DNA from: a virus
Taxonomy: Duplodnaviria; Caudoviricetes
Reading direction: 5' to 3' (one strand)
Length of the DNA: 40,702 nucleotides
IMG/VR virus record: IMGVR_UViG_3300017644_000058
Coordinates: 1-40,702 of that record
Shown: positions 17,116 to 25,597 of the stretch, in pieces
Numbering within the stretch: the first letter of the stretch is position 1
Layout: the number at the start of each line of letters is the position of its first letter
The notes under the pieces: generated by a model
Told to the model about the DNA's origin: nothing
Database searches by the model: none
The model's input: the letters and a program-made list of their open reading frames with translations, nothing else
Translations under genes and position numbers: made by a program

Positions 17116-17436
17116 GTGCAGGCGGCCTTTGCCGCAGCGGTCGATGCGATTTTTCGCGACGGCAACATCGCGGAGGACGCACTCTGGCGCGCGGGCGGTC
17201 TGGGCAGCGGTCAAGCCGTCCGGATCATCCGCAAGTCGCCCGACGAGGTAGTCGGGTTCGGCGCAAGCCGCGCCGTGATGGCAACCGTGCTGATCGATGT
17301 GCGTGTTTTCGAGATCGCCGCGCCCGAGGCAGGCGATACGGCCGAGATCGACGGCGAGCTGTTCGACATCGTCGGCACGCCGGTGCGCGACAGCCTCGGT
17401 CTCGTCTGGACCTGCGAATCATCGGCGCGTGCTTGA
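17116..17436 (+). CDS. Head-tail joining protein
   Basis: Position; FAAAVDAIF...IDVRV..P..GD...PVRD..LVW pattern. Confidence 0.7.
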   Translation: MQAAFAAAVDAIFRDGNIAEDALWRAGGLGSGQAVRIIRKSPDEVVGFGASRAVMATVLIDVRVFEIAAPEAGDTAEIDGELFDIVGTPVRDSLGLVWTCESSARA

Positions 17437-17438
17437 CC

Positions 17439-18083
17439 ATGCGGTTCAGCTTCAAGGCGGACGATCCTCGTGGCGTGCTCAAACGCGCTTACGACGATAC
17501 CGAGCAGGCCGTCACAGCCGCGATGACCGATGTGCAAACCGGTCTCAAGGACGAGTTGCGCGAGCAGGTAGTCTCGGCCGGCATGGGCGCGCGCCTAGCC
17601 AAAACATGGCGCGGAAAGCGGTTTCCCGAAAGCCAGCCGAGCATCAATGCAGCGGCCTATGTCTGGTCGCGCGCGCCCGACATTGTTGACGCGTTCGAGC
17701 GCGGCGTCCCGATTATCGCGCGCAACAGACGGTTTCTCGCGGTGCCCACGAAGGATGCCGGCGTCAGCCACACGACCGTCAAGAACAAGCGGCTCACGCC
17801 GGCGATCTGGGAGACGGAAACGGGCGTCAAACTCCATTTCGTGCAGCGCGGCAGTCACGCGCTGCTCGTGACCGATGCGTCTTACGTCCGTCAACCGGCG
17901 CGCTGGCGCCGGCGAAAATCCTTCAAGCCGATCCGGACGCCTATGAGCGGCGGCAAGCGGTTTCTCGTGATTTTCATACTCGTGCCGATGATCCGGCCGG
18001 GCAAACGGTTCGATGTCGAAGGCGCAGGCAATCGCTGGGCGGATCGCGTCTCCGCGCTCATCGCGCAGCATTGGAGAGATTGA
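17439..18083 (+). CDS. DUF6441-like neck/tail completion protein
   Basis: LKDELREQVVSAGMGARLAKTWR...SINAAAYVWSRAP; the real start is ATG 17439, not 17034. Confidence 0.7.
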   Translation: MRFSFKADDPRGVLKRAYDDTEQAVTAAMTDVQTGLKDELREQVVSAGMGARLAKTWRGKRFPESQPSINAAAYVWSRAPDIVDAFERGVPIIARNRRFLAVPTKDAGVSHTTVKNKRLTPAIWETETGVKLHFVQRGSHALLVTDASYVRQPARWRRRKSFKPIRTPMSGGKRFLVIFILVPMIRPGKRFDVEGAGNRWADRVSALIAQHWRD

Positions 18084-18518
18084 ATGGCAAGCCGGCGCGA
18101 AGAGGTGCTCGACGCGATTAAGACCTTGATCGCCGGCGCGCTGCCCAACGCAGAAGTCAAGCGCAATCTCGACAAGCCCGAACGCATTCCGCCGGGCGGG
18201 CTGGTGATCATCCGCGATGGCGATCCGGGCGAGCCCGAGGTTCTGCTTTCGCCGCTGACTTACGTCTATGAGCATCGCGTTCCGATCGAACTCGCGGCCT
18301 TCACGTCGGCCTCGCTGACGCGCGAGCAGACGATCGATCAGATGCTGTCCGCGATCGGCACGGCCGCGATGGCCGACCGGACGCTCGGCGGCTTATGCGA
18401 CTTCATCGAAACGGAAGCGCCCACGTCCGACGACCTCGAGACGGCGGGCGCGATCTCGGGCCGATGGGCCGACGCGGCGATCATCGCCAGCTACGCCACC
18501 GCCAACCCGCTTACCTGA
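18084..18518 (+). CDS. Tail terminator-like protein
   Basis: Position before the tail tube; SRREEVL...PERIPPGGLVIIRDGDPGEPEVLLSPL...DRTLGGLCD. Confidence 0.7.
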   Translation: MASRREEVLDAIKTLIAGALPNAEVKRNLDKPERIPPGGLVIIRDGDPGEPEVLLSPLTYVYEHRVPIELAAFTSASLTREQTIDQMLSAIGTAAMADRTLGGLCDFIETEAPTSDDLETAGAISGRWADAAIIASYATANPLT

Positions 18519-18539
18519 ACAACAATCAAGGAGGCTCTC

Positions 18540-19826
18540 ATGGCCCGCGCTCGCGGCGCCAACGCCGTCATGGCGTTGGCGTTCGAATCTGCTTATGGCA
18601 CGCCGCCCGGCTCGGGCTTCAAACGTGTCCCCTTCGTCTCGGCCGCGCTCGGCGAGCAGCAGAACCTGATCGAAAGCGATCTGCTCGGCTACGGCCGCGA
18701 TCCGCAGCAGCCCGCGCGCGACGTGATCAATAACGATGGCGACGTGGTGGTCCCGCTCGATCTGCGGAATTTCGGCTATTGGCTCAAATTGCTGTTCGGC
18801 GCGCCGGCAACAACGCAAGGCACCGCTGCCAGCGGCAGCTTCACCTTCGACGCCCAGCCGGCGAACAACAGCACGATTTCCATCGGCGGCGCGGATTGGA
18901 CGTTCGTGTCGAGCGCTCCGTCCGGCGACGAAAGCCTGATCGGGGCGACGCTCCTCGAAACGCTGACGAATGCGGTGATCGGCCTGAACAAGAGCGCCAC
19001 CGCCGCGCTCGCTGCACAGACATATTCGCTCAACCTGGCCGGCAACGCGATCATCGTCACGTCCGATACGATTGGGATCGGCGGCAATTCGGTGACTCTG
19101 GATGCATCGACCGCGCCGGACTCGAACGCCACCGCTTCCGGCGCGACGCTTGCCGGCGGCTCCGCATCCGGACCGTACAACCACGTCTTCACGTCCGGCG
19201 CCTTGTCGCTTCCATCCGCGGCCATCGAGATCGGAATGCCCGATGTGCCCTCGTATGGCATGAATTTCGGAGCGATGGCCGACAAGCTGACGATCCAATT
19301 GCAACGCTCGGGCCTTCTCAACGGCACGATCAGCGTGATCGCGCAGGGCGAGACGCGCAACGGCGCTTCCGGCGCCGGCTCGCCCACAGAGCAGGCGATC
19401 GAGCGCTTCACGCAGTTCACTGGCCAAATCCGCCGCGACGGCGTGCCGCTCGGCAATGTGGTGTCGGGACAATTCAGCTACGCGAACGGCCTCGACAAGG
19501 TAGAGGTGATCCGGCCCGACGGCCGCATCGCCGGCGCCGATCCCGCCATGCTCGCGGTCACTGGCCAAGTAGGCGTGCGCTTCGCCGACACCTCGCTCCT
19601 CGACTTGGCGGTCGCCGGCACGCCGATCGAGCTCGTATTCGAATGGTCGATTGCCGCCGGCAAGCTGCTGCGGTTCACCGTGCATAACGTGAACCTGCCG
19701 AAGCCGAAGCTGCCGATTACCGGTCCCGCTGGCGTGCAGGCGACGTTCGACTGGCAAGCGTCGGAGCACCCGGTTCTGGCAAAGACCTGCACGGCGACGC
19801 TGGTCAACGACCTGTCCGGCTACTGA
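18540..19826 (+). CDS. Major tail tube protein with an inserted domain
   Basis: MARARGA...FESAYGTPP...LLGYGRDP...PKLPITGPAGVQATFDWQA; GGAGG SD. Confidence 0.85.
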   Translation: MARARGANAVMALAFESAYGTPPGSGFKRVPFVSAALGEQQNLIESDLLGYGRDPQQPARDVINNDGDVVVPLDLRNFGYWLKLLFGAPATTQGTAASGSFTFDAQPANNSTISIGGADWTFVSSAPSGDESLIGATLLETLTNAVIGLNKSATAALAAQTYSLNLAGNAIIVTSDTIGIGGNSVTLDASTAPDSNATASGATLAGGSASGPYNHVFTSGALSLPSAAIEIGMPDVPSYGMNFGAMADKLTIQLQRSGLLNGTISVIAQGETRNGASGAGSPTEQAIERFTQFTGQIRRDGVPLGNVVSGQFSYANGLDKVEVIRPDGRIAGADPAMLAVTGQVGVRFADTSLLDLAVAGTPIELVFEWSIAAGKLLRFTVHNVNLPKPKLPITGPAGVQATFDWQASEHPVLAKTCTATLVNDLSGY

Positions 19827-19873
19827 TTCGTCCGCTCGCCTCGCGAGCCGTTTCCAACCAACCGAGGACAACG

Positions 19874-20314
19874 ATGCTGAAACTCGCCGCGCGCGAGCGC
19901 GACCCCTATTGGATTGATCTCCTTCCCGGCGTCCGGCTCAAGGTTCGTCCTATCACCGTCGCCGCAATCATAGCTGCACGGCAGGCTGCGGCCGAAGCAA
20001 TGAAGATGCCGGCCGATGACAGCATCTTTATCGGCAGCGCCGCTTTCACGCGCTCGATCGCGCGCTGGGGCATCCTCGAATGGGAGGGCGTCGGCGACGC
20101 CGCCGGATCGCCGGTCGAGCCCACGCCTGAAAACGTCGATGCGCTGCTTGAGCACTGGCAAGCTTTCGATGCGGCTGACCGGCTCTATGTCGCCCCGGCG
20201 CTGATCGGGATCGACGAAAAAAACGCATCCTCGCTCTCGCCGAATGGCACTTCGGCGGGGGCGAAGCCTATTGCGCGGCGTGCCCGGAAAGCTGCGCGGA
20301 GTGTCCGTACCTAA
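19874..20314 (+). CDS. Tail assembly chaperone (gpG-like)
   Basis: Lies between tail tube and tape measure; contains slippery A AAA AAC at 20218-20224. Confidence 0.8.
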   Translation: MLKLAARERDPYWIDLLPGVRLKVRPITVAAIIAARQAAAEAMKMPADDSIFIGSAAFTRSIARWGILEWEGVGDAAGSPVEPTPENVDALLEHWQAFDAADRLYVAPALIGIDEKNASSLSPNGTSAGAKPIARRARKAARSVRT

Positions 20315-20535
20315 AGCACGCGCCGCGAACGGACGACGGTAAGGCGGCGTGGGAAGTCTTCCGCCGCTCCGCAGGACAGGTCCGCGCCGTGATGGGCGGC
20401 GTCTACGGCCTCGACTTCGGCGCCGTGCTTCTCCTCGCCGACGCCATGGGCGCGCTCTCCCCCGTCCTTGTCGATGCGCTCGCCGAAATCGAGCCGCTGA
20501 TCGTGCGTGCCTACGCGAAGGATTCTAGCTCGTGA
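20218..20535 (+). CDS. -1 frameshift extension of the tail chaperone (gpGT-like)
   Basis: The -1 frame is open from the slippery site to TGA 20533-20535: KKRILALAEWHFGGGEAYCAACPESCAECPY...YGLDFGAVL...IEPLIVRAYAKDSSS. A 14-bp hairpin occupies 20231-20264. Missing from the ORF track. Confidence 0.8.
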   Translation, partial: KKRILALAEWHFGGGEAYCAACPESCAECPYLKHAPRTDDGKAAWEVFRRSAGQVRAVMGGVYGLDFGAVLLLADAMGALSPVLVDALAEIEPLIVRAYAKDSSS

Positions 20536-23500
20536 CCGATCGCAACGTCTCGATCCGCATTGGCGTCACGGGCCGGGATGAGGTCAAGCGCGCGTTCGAC
20601 GATATCGGCAAGGCCGGCCAGGACGCGTTCAACAAAACCGCGTCCGCAATGGATGCGGCAGGCGCGGCCACCGACCGCGAGACCCAGCGCTTGCAGCGCC
20701 TTGCGCAAGCCGCGCGCCAGGCGGCGAGCGCCGACGAAGCGCAGCGCAAATTCAATGCCATCCTGGGCGTCGGCGCGCCGAGTGCCGGTTCGGCCCGCGA
20801 CTCCGCTCGCGTGTTCGAGGAAGCGGCAAAGGCCGCCGAGGACCTCGAAGCGCGCACCAAGGCGTTGCGCGCGCAAATCGATCCGCTCGGCGCCGCGCAG
20901 GCGAAACTCAATGTCGAGATCGCCGAGGCGAATGCGCTGTTCAAGGCCGGCGCGATCTCCGCGCAGGAGCAGGCCGCGGCGCATGCGCTCGCTCAGCGCC
21001 GATTTGACGCAACCGCAACTGCCCTGAAAGGCGTCGGCGACGGCTCGCGGCTTGCGAGCTATCAAATCGTCAATCTCGGCTATCAGCTCAATGACGTGGT
21101 GGTCGGCCTTGCGAGCGGGCAACGGCCGCTGACCGTGCTCGCCCAACAGGGCACGCAGATCGCGCAAATCTTCGCGGGCTCCGGCATGGGCGTCGGCGGC
21201 GTGCTCAAAGAACTCGGCCGCGTGGTTATCGGGCTGGTGTCGCCAACGACGCTGCTTGTTGCCGGCCTAGCCGCAGTCGGCGGCACCGCGCTTTACGCCT
21301 ACAACAGCTACATCACCGCGCAGAAGGAGCTTCAGGTCGCGACCGCGGGCGTCGGACGGGCCGCCGGGGCGACCGTCGATCAGCTCAACCGGATCGCGGA
21401 TACCGCAGCGAGCGCCGGTCGCATTTCGGTTGCGGCGGCGCGCGACATGGAAGTCGCGTTCCTGCGCACCGGCCGGATCGGCATCGATCAATTCGGCGAC
21501 CTGATCGCGGTCGCCAAGGATTACGCGGCCACTACCGGCCAGGACATCGAAGCCGCCAAAAAGGAGCTTGCCGAAGCTTTTGCCGATCCGGCGAAGGGCG
21601 TCGGTCTCCTGAATTCGAAGGTCGGCGGATATGACGACCGCACCCGTCAGCTCATCAAAACGCTTACCGCGCAGAACGAGCTCACCGCGGCGCAGCGGCT
21701 CCTGCTCGAAAACCTCAAACCGTCCCTCATAAGTGCCGAAAGCGCGACAACAGCGCTTGGCCGGGCCTGGGATTACGTCGGCCGCAAGGCATCCGGGGCG
21801 ATGGATTCCATCGGCCGCGCCATCGACCGCGCCACCGACCCCACGCTTGGGCAGCGTCTCGAAGACCTTCAGAAGGAGCGCACCAACGCCACCACGCTCG
21901 GCGGCGAATATGTTCCGGGCTATATGGGCATGCCGGCCTTCGTGCCGTCGCGCCCGCTGTCCGCCATCGACGCCGACATCGCGAATGTCAATCGGCAGAT
22001 CGCAGAGCTCGAACGGAAGGCGGCGGACGCGAAAGCCGACGCGCTGGCGGCGCGCACTTCGACAATTGCGGGCGAGCTTGGCCGCAGTCTCACGCCGGGT
22101 TTCAACGACCTCCAGACGCTGAAGAACCAGCAGGCCCAGCTTGCTTCGGCGCTGAACGATCCACTCGCCCGCCAGAAGGTTGCCGACCTCAAGCAGGTCG
22201 AGGGAGCCTATGACGCCGTTTCCCGTGCCGTGAAGACGTGGCTCGATCCGGCCGAGAAGGCGCGCCGCCTGGACGAGCTGGAAATCCAGGCGCTCAACGC
22301 CAAGAGTCCAGCCCAGAAGGCAGCTATTGCCGAAGAGCGCCGCCGGCTCGAACTCGCCGGCCAGGCGATCACGACCGGCACGGCGGAAGCCGAGATCACA
22401 CGCGCCGGGACAAGAGCGCGCGCCGAGGCGGCGCATGCGATTGCGGAGCAATCGCTGGCACTCACCACCAACGCACGCGCCTCGCTCGATGTGGCGAACG
22501 CCTATCTGCAAGGCGCTGCCGCTGCGCAGCAGGCCGAAGCCAAGCGCAAGGCGCTGACCGAAGCGATCCGCAACGGCGTCGATGTCGAAATGCGGATGCG
22601 GCAGATTCTCGCCGACGAAATCGCACAAACCGCCGCGCAATCCGCGAAGTCGGTCGCGGACACCGCCGCGCAGGCCGATGCGCAGAAACGACTCAATGAC
22701 GCCATCGCCGCGGGTTCGCTCACCATCGAGCAGGCACGCCGGCAAATGCAGGTCGAGCAGGCGCTCCGGCCCTTGCTTGTGGCGCAGTCACTCGCGGAAG
22801 GCGAAGCGAAGGCGACGCTGACGCGCATCATCGATGCGCTGCGCGGCGCCTACGGACGGCTCAATGCCGAAGAGGCGCGCAACAATGCACTCCGGCAGAT
22901 CGAGACCCAGAAGGACCAGATCGCGCTCTTGCAGCGCCAGATCGAGCTGGCCGGCACGAACGAATCCCAGGCCGCAATCGAAATCGCACAGCTTCAGGCC
23001 AAGCAGCAGCTTGTCCAGCAAGGCATCGATCTCGGCTCGAAGGAGGCGCAGGTCGTCATTGCCAATGCGGGCGCGATCGAGCGGCTCAATCAACAGCTTC
23101 AGCTCGCGAAGGCCTCGCAGCAGGAGCTCATCAGTCTCACCGACACGACCTTCAACCACTTCGCCGACCTGATCGCGCAAGGCAAGACCGACTGGAAATC
23201 GTGGGCGGATGCAGGCCGCGCGGCCATTCTCGACATCAACCGCGAGCTCCTGAAGCTTGCGCTGCTGAATCCGCTCAAGAACCTGCTGTTCGGGACGAAC
23301 CTGCCGACGATTTCGTCAGTCGGCGGGATCATCGGTTCGATCCTCAAGGGTTTGAAATTCCACGAAGGCGGAGTCGTCGGCGCTGGCGGACAGCCGATCC
23401 TGCTGCCGGCCGCGCTCCTTCATCGGGCGCCGCGCTTGCACGACGGGGCGTTTCTCTCGCCCGACGAAATCCCGGCAATCCTCCAGCGCGGCGAGCGCGT

Positions 23501-23666
23501 TCTCAATCGTCAGGAGGCGCAAAGCTACAACGCGCGGGCTTCGGCGGCATCGCCGATCGTCAACGTTACCATCCAAACGCCGAACCCGTCCGCCTTCGCC
23601 GCGAGCCGCACGCAGCTCGCGGCCGATCTGTCGCGCGCGGTCCAACTCGGAATGCGGGGACGCTGA
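20532..23666 (+). CDS. Tail tape measure protein
   Basis: 1044 aa, Ala/Gln-rich helical; lambda-type NLGYQLNDVVVGLASGQRPLTVLAQQGTQI; C-terminal FHEGG...EIPAILQRGERVL. Confidence 0.92.
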   Translation: MTDRNVSIRIGVTGRDEVKRAFDDIGKAGQDAFNKTASAMDAAGAATDRETQRLQRLAQAARQAASADEAQRKFNAILGVGAPSAGSARDSARVFEEAAKAAEDLEARTKALRAQIDPLGAAQAKLNVEIAEANALFKAGAISAQEQAAAHALAQRRFDATATALKGVGDGSRLASYQIVNLGYQLNDVVVGLASGQRPLTVLAQQGTQIAQIFAGSGMGVGGVLKELGRVVIGLVSPTTLLVAGLAAVGGTALYAYNSYITAQKELQVATAGVGRAAGATVDQLNRIADTAASAGRISVAAARDMEVAFLRTGRIGIDQFGDLIAVAKDYAATTGQDIEAAKKELAEAFADPAKGVGLLNSKVGGYDDRTRQLIKTLTAQNELTAAQRLLLENLKPSLISAESATTALGRAWDYVGRKASGAMDSIGRAIDRATDPTLGQRLEDLQKERTNATTLGGEYVPGYMGMPAFVPSRPLSAIDADIANVNRQIAELERKAADAKADALAARTSTIAGELGRSLTPGFNDLQTLKNQQAQLASALNDPLARQKVADLKQVEGAYDAVSRAVKTWLDPAEKARRLDELEIQALNAKSPAQKAAIAEERRRLELAGQAITTGTAEAEITRAGTRARAEAAHAIAEQSLALTTNARASLDVANAYLQGAAAAQQAEAKRKALTEAIRNGVDVEMRMRQILADEIAQTAAQSAKSVADTAAQADAQKRLNDAIAAGSLTIEQARRQMQVEQALRPLLVAQSLAEGEAKATLTRIIDALRGAYGRLNAEEARNNALRQIETQKDQIALLQRQIELAGTNESQAAIEIAQLQAKQQLVQQGIDLGSKEAQVVIANAGAIERLNQQLQLAKASQQELISLTDTTFNHFADLIAQGKTDWKSWADAGRAAILDINRELLKLALLNPLKNLLFGTNLPTISSVGGIIGSILKGLKFHEGGVVGAGGQPILLPAALLHRAPRLHDGAFLSPDEIPAILQRGERVLNRQEAQSYNARASAASPIVNVTIQTPNPSAFAASRTQLAADLSRAVQLGMRGR

Positions 23667-23669
23667 GCC

Positions 23670-24260
23670 ATGCCGCAGCCCTTCCTCGATATTTCGTTTC
23701 CGGACGCGGTGGCGCGCGGGGCAACCGGAGGACCGGGCTTCTCGACCAACGTCGTGACGCTCGGCTCGGGCGCCGAGCGCCGCAACATCCAATGGGCGGA
23801 CGCGCGCGGCGAATGGAATATCTCGACCGGCATCCGCACGCGCGCCGAAATGCAGGCCGTCATCGCGCATTTCTACATCGTGAAGGGGCGCGGCTATTCG
23901 TTCCGTTTCAAGGATTGGACCGATTATCAGGCCACCGATCAGGCGATGACCGAGGTCACGCCGACGGTGTGGCAGCTCGTGAAACGCTACAACATCGGCG
24001 GCTACGAGCACGAGCGGACGATCACCAAGCCGGTGCTTGGAACGGTCGCGATCAAGATCGGCGGTTCGCCCGTGGTGCCGTCGGAGATCGATTATCTCAC
24101 TGGTCTCGTCACGTTCGGCTCGGCGCCGGGATCGGCGCCGACCGCGTCGTTCGAGTTCGACGTGCCGGTCCGCTTCGACACGGACAAGTTGCCGGTTCAG
24201 GCGAACGCCTGGGACCAGCAGATCGTCTCCCAGATCAATCTTATCGAGGTCAAGGAATGA
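23670..24260 (+). CDS. GTA-like distal tail protein (DUF2460)
   Basis: FP..VARGATGGPGFST...SGAERRN..W...FRFKDWTD...FEFDVPVRFDTD. Confidence 0.88.
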   Translation: MPQPFLDISFPDAVARGATGGPGFSTNVVTLGSGAERRNIQWADARGEWNISTGIRTRAEMQAVIAHFYIVKGRGYSFRFKDWTDYQATDQAMTEVTPTVWQLVKRYNIGGYEHERTITKPVLGTVAIKIGGSPVVPSEIDYLTGLVTFGSAPGSAPTASFEFDVPVRFDTDKLPVQANAWDQQIVSQINLIEVKE

Positions 24261-25159
24261 AAACGCTTGATCCGGGCCTTGCCGCGCATCTCGGCGGCGG
24301 CGTCACGACGCTTTGCCATTGCTGGCGCGTGGCCCGCAAGGACAGCACGGTTCTCGGCTTCACCGATCATGACCGGGATCTCCTGATCGATGGCGTGACC
24401 TACAAAGCGGCCACCGGATTCACCGCAACGGCGATCGAGGATCAGCTCGGGCTTGCGGTCTCGAATCTCGATGTGGACGGCGCGCTCTCGTCGGCCGCGA
24501 TCACCGAGGACGATCTCAATGCCGGGCTCTATGACGACGCAGCCGTCACCATCATGCGCGTCAACTGGCAGGACGTGTCGCAGCGCGTCGTCCTCCGCTC
24601 CGGCTTCCTCGGCCAGGTTACGCGGGGCGAGACGAGCTTTTCCGCCGAGTTGCGCGGGCTGGCCGCCAAGCTTGACCAAAGCGCCGGGCGCATTTTCCAG
24701 CGCACCTGCGCCTGGGAGCTTGGTGATGCCCGCTGCCGGATCGATCTCGGCGCGCCCGCACATCACGGCAGCGGCACGATTGCGAGCGTCATCAGCAATT
24801 TCGATTTCACAGCGAGCGGGATCGGTTCGTTTGCATCCGGCGTATTCAGCCGCGGTAAGATCACGTGGAGCAGCGGCGACAATGCGGGCCTCGAAATCGA
24901 AGTGAAATCGCACTCGCAAGGCAGTCCCAATTCGCGACTTTCGCTCTTCCTGCCGATGCCGCGCCCGATGCAGGTGGGCGATGCGTTCACGATCACCGCC
25001 GGCTGCGACAAGACGCCGGCGACCTGCCGCGACCGTTTCGCGAACGTCGTCAATTTCGGCGGCTTTCCCCACATGCCGGGGAACGACTTCGCGCTCTCCT
25101 TCGCCAAGCAGGGCGACAACAACGACGGCACGTCTCTCGGAGGCGGTTTCCGTGGTTAG
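24257..25159 (+). CDS. GTA-like baseplate hub protein (DUF2163/BR0599)
   Basis: TTLCHCWRVARKD..VLGFTDHDRDL...CAWELGDARC...AGCDK...CRDRFANVVNFGGFPHMPG; ATGA overlap. Confidence 0.9.
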   Translation: MKTLDPGLAAHLGGGVTTLCHCWRVARKDSTVLGFTDHDRDLLIDGVTYKAATGFTATAIEDQLGLAVSNLDVDGALSSAAITEDDLNAGLYDDAAVTIMRVNWQDVSQRVVLRSGFLGQVTRGETSFSAELRGLAAKLDQSAGRIFQRTCAWELGDARCRIDLGAPAHHGSGTIASVISNFDFTASGIGSFASGVFSRGKITWSSGDNAGLEIEVKSHSQGSPNSRLSLFLPMPRPMQVGDAFTITAGCDKTPATCRDRFANVVNFGGFPHMPGNDFALSFAKQGDNNDGTSLGGGFRG

Positions 25160-25592
25160 CCGGGCCGACATCATCGCCGAGGCGCGCTCGTGGATCGGCA
25201 CACCCTACGCCCATCAGGCCTCCGTGAAAGGCATCGGCTGCGACTGCCTAGGGCTGGTGCGCGGCGTCTGGCGCGCCGTCTATGGCGAGGAGCCCGAGCC
25301 GCCGCCGCCCTATAGCCGCGATTGGGCGGAAGCGCACGGCCGTGAGACGCTGGCCGAAGCGGCCGGCAGGCACATGATCGCGGTGGCGACGGACAAAATC
25401 CGGCCTGCCGACGTGCTGCTCTTCGCCATGAAGGAGAATTCGCCGGCGAAACACTGCGCGATCCTGACTGCGCCCGGTCGAATGCTGCATTCGATCGAGG
25501 CGCACCCGGTTGCCGAGGTATCCCTTTGGACCGGAAGCGAATCGCGGCAGCGCCTGCGCTTTGCCTTCTCGTTTCCTTTCCTCGCGGACTGA
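25152..25592 (+). CDS. NlpC/P60 cell-wall peptidase (GTA tail type)
   Basis: ARSWIGTPYAHQAS..GIGCDCLGLVRGVW...AKHCAI. Confidence 0.88.
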   Translation: MVSRADIIAEARSWIGTPYAHQASVKGIGCDCLGLVRGVWRAVYGEEPEPPPPYSRDWAEAHGRETLAEAAGRHMIAVATDKIRPADVLLFAMKENSPAKHCAILTAPGRMLHSIEAHPVAEVSLWTGSESRQRLRFAFSFPFLAD

Positions 25593-25597
25593 ACCCG

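Noticed and set aside
18084-18518. Possible 'acyl-CoA transferase' label often attached to this family
   Set aside because: No enzyme motifs; size and position fit a tail terminator.
23201-24256. Long N-terminal extension of the hub ORF (652 aa in the track)
   Set aside because: Overlaps the tape measure and distal tail genes; the real start is ATG 24257 with an SD and ATGA coupling.
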